From Candidatus Bathyarchaeota archaeon (lineage in GTDB: Archaea; Thermoproteota; Bathyarchaeia; Bathyarchaeales; Bathycorpusculaceae), in assembly GCA_963780185.1 (NCBI GenBank), contig CAWABA010000011.1, forward strand, positions 32,001 through 96,000: a DNA stretch of 64,000 nt, written 5' to 3'. The notes under the pieces were generated by a model that was given only the letters and a program-made list of their open reading frames with translations, was not told the DNA's origin and ran no database searches. The position numbers and the translations under genes were made by a program. Shown in pieces: positions 62,296 through 64,000 of the stretch. Numbering within the stretch: the first letter of the stretch is position 1; every line of letters begins with the position of its first letter.

Positions 62296-62835
62296 TTGGG
62301 ATGGAATTCAGAGCAAGAAAATAACGCTATTTGGGTAAGCAGAGAGTTTTCAAAATGCAGCGGCTGCCGAAAATGCGAAATCGCGTGCTCGCTTGAAAAA
62401 GAAAACAAGATTTGGCCTGAGGCTTCTAGGGTTCGCGTTTTCATGTTGGTTCCAGGCGCCGAGTTTCCTCATCTTTGTACTCAATGTGAAGATTACCCTT
62501 GCGTTGGAGCCTGCCCGTTTAAGGCTCTGGGCGTGAACAAGGATACCAGCGCCGTCACGGTTGATGCTGAAAAGTGCGTCGGCTGCGGAAAATGCATAGA
62601 CGCTTGCTCTGGGAAAGTCCCGCATATTCATCCCAAAACCAAGAAGATTTTGATTTGCGACCTCTGCGGCGGCGACCCAAAATGCGCCAAAATCTGCCAA
62701 GAAGGTGGCTGGAGCTGCCTGAAAGTGATTAAACGAGGAGACCGTGAGTTCAAGCTTTATTCCCGAACTCCTGAAGAAACTTCCAGAAACCTTGCGACAA
62801 AAATGTACGGCGAGAAAGCGGAGGAATTCACTTAA
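62296..62835 (+). CDS. 4Fe-4S cluster protein (AOR-associated)
   Basis: CSGCRKCEIAC, CTQC..C..CP, CVGCGKC, CDLCGGDPKC. Confidence 0.93.
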   Translation: MGWNSEQENNAIWVSREFSKCSGCRKCEIACSLEKENKIWPEASRVRVFMLVPGAEFPHLCTQCEDYPCVGACPFKALGVNKDTSAVTVDAEKCVGCGKCIDACSGKVPHIHPKTKKILICDLCGGDPKCAKICQEGGWSCLKVIKRGDREFKLYSRTPEETSRNLATKMYGEKAEEFT

Positions 62836-64000
62836 TGCTGGGTTACGCTGGAAAATTCCTAGAAGTTGACCTTTCAAACTCAAGCTTCAAAGACACAGTG
62901 CTTCCTGAAGAATGGCTAAGGGACTACATGGGCGGCAGAGCGCTTGCAGCAAAAATTTTAAGCGAAAGACTGATTCATAATTGGGAAAAAGTGGATCCTT
63001 TAGGCTCTGAAAACCTGCTGTTTTTCATGACAGGCCCCTTCCAAGGTTATTTTCCAGGCGGCAGAACATGCGTCACGGGTAAGTCGCCTCAAAGCAACGG
63101 TATGGTGGGGTCAACGGTCGGCGGCGAGTTCGCGGTGGAGCTTCGATGCGCAGGCTACGACGGCATAATCGTGTCGGGCAAATCTGAGAAACCTGTTTAT
63201 CTTTTCATTAAAGACTCAGATGTTGAGCTTAGGGACGCCGGCGGCGTTTGGGGCAAAGACTGTAAGCATACGGATGCGTTGTTGAACCGTGAATGCCGAC
63301 AGCTGCTAGCTGAACGTTACCCGCATGTTGGTGTTTGGAAGCAGCCAGCTAAACTCTACATTGGACCAGCCGGAGAAAAGATGGTTAGGCCATCGGCGGT
63401 CATAGCCAAATGGACTCATGCAGCAGGATACGGCGGCTACGGCGCGGTGATGGGGTCAAAAAATCTCAAGGCGGTCGCGGTTAAAGGGACAGGCCCGCTT
63501 CCTGAAGTGGCTGATTTGGAGAAGGTCAAGCAGATGATTGATGACGTCTGCAGAGGCTGCTACGGAAACGTGATGTGGCGCAGGTACGGCACAGGCGGAG
63601 GAGGCTACAGCTTCGGGGCAGAAACCAGTTCTGAGCCTATCCGCAACTGGCAGGAAGAGTGGCATGATCAGAGAAGCTACGGTGTGGACCAGTTTGAGAA
63701 TAAGGTTTGGGTTAAGCCAGCATGGAGCGATTTCGGTTGCCCGACTAACTGCTTGAAAATCAGCTGTATACGCGCAGGCAAATACAAAGGCGCCATAAGT
63801 GACAATCCTGACTATGAACTGCAGGCTTTTTTGGGTCCCAACTTAGGTTTGTTTACCCCTGAAGAAAATGTGTATCTTTCTTCGCTTATCGAGGACTTAG
63901 GAATGTGCGGCATCCAAGGCGGCAGCGTCTTAGGCTTCGCCGCTGAACTTTACCAAAGAGGCATCCTAACCACGAAGGATCTTGACGGCCTCGAGTTGAA
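62835..64000 (+). CDS. aor: Aldehyde:ferredoxin oxidoreductase family protein (partial, runs off the window end)
   Basis: MLGYAGKFLEVDLS..YMGGR..DPLG..KSP..AGYDG..IGPAGE..GAVMGSKNLKAV. Confidence 0.93.
   Translation, partial: MLGYAGKFLEVDLSNSSFKDTVLPEEWLRDYMGGRALAAKILSERLIHNWEKVDPLGSENLLFFMTGPFQGYFPGGRTCVTGKSPQSNGMVGSTVGGEFAVELRCAGYDGIIVSGKSEKPVYLFIKDSDVELRDAGGVWGKDCKHTDALLNRECRQLLAERYPHVGVWKQPAKLYIGPAGEKMVRPSAVIAKWTHAAGYGGYGAVMGSKNLKAVAVKGTGPLPEVADLEKVKQMIDDVCRGCYGNVMWRRYGTGGGGYSFGAETSSEPIRNWQEEWHDQRSYGVDQFENKVWVKPAWSDFGCPTNCLKISCIRAGKYKGAISDNPDYELQAFLGPNLGLFTPEENVYLSSLIEDLGMCGIQGGSVLGFAAELYQRGILTTKDLDGLEL

Overview
Archaeal chromosomal segment, most likely Bathyarchaeia (TACK), inferred from the archaeal RFC, Rpo7/Rpo12, aIF2-gamma, eS6/eS24/eS27a, Taw1, an intron-containing tRNA and the gene order. 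It is mostly housekeeping: argS, rfcSL, nfi, translin, tRNA modification, guaA, the rps6e-rps27ae cluster, the L3-S19 operon, an acn-icd-aclB-aclA operon, serA and an AOR. Three accessory loci interrupt this. (1) At 25.6-30.2 kb, an HTH regulator with a palindromic operator heads four otherwise unrelated membrane-protein genes. Once apparent single-base indels are repaired, all four begin with the same leader peptide, K-[TSK]-L-[EQ]-x-[RK]-I-R-G-W-[FL]-P-x-x-P-x-L. (2) At 37.0-43.1 kb, a duplicated vapBC locus carries, in one copy, an AT-rich island: unknown protein, P-loop ATPase, PIN-like protein, M.PvuII-like methyltransferase, plus a divergent PIN gene. No recognisable restriction endonuclease is present. 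(3) At 49.0-52.2 kb, an integrase-less island at tRNA-Ser carries a dCTP deaminase and a HExxH protein. A family of modular non-coding repeats recurs in five intergenic regions. About 13 single-base frameshifts between 26 and 60 kb, including one in the essential rpl4, point to sequencing or assembly indels, so split ORFs are rejoined here rather than called pseudogenes. All family assignments come from motif recognition by eye; no database searches were run.
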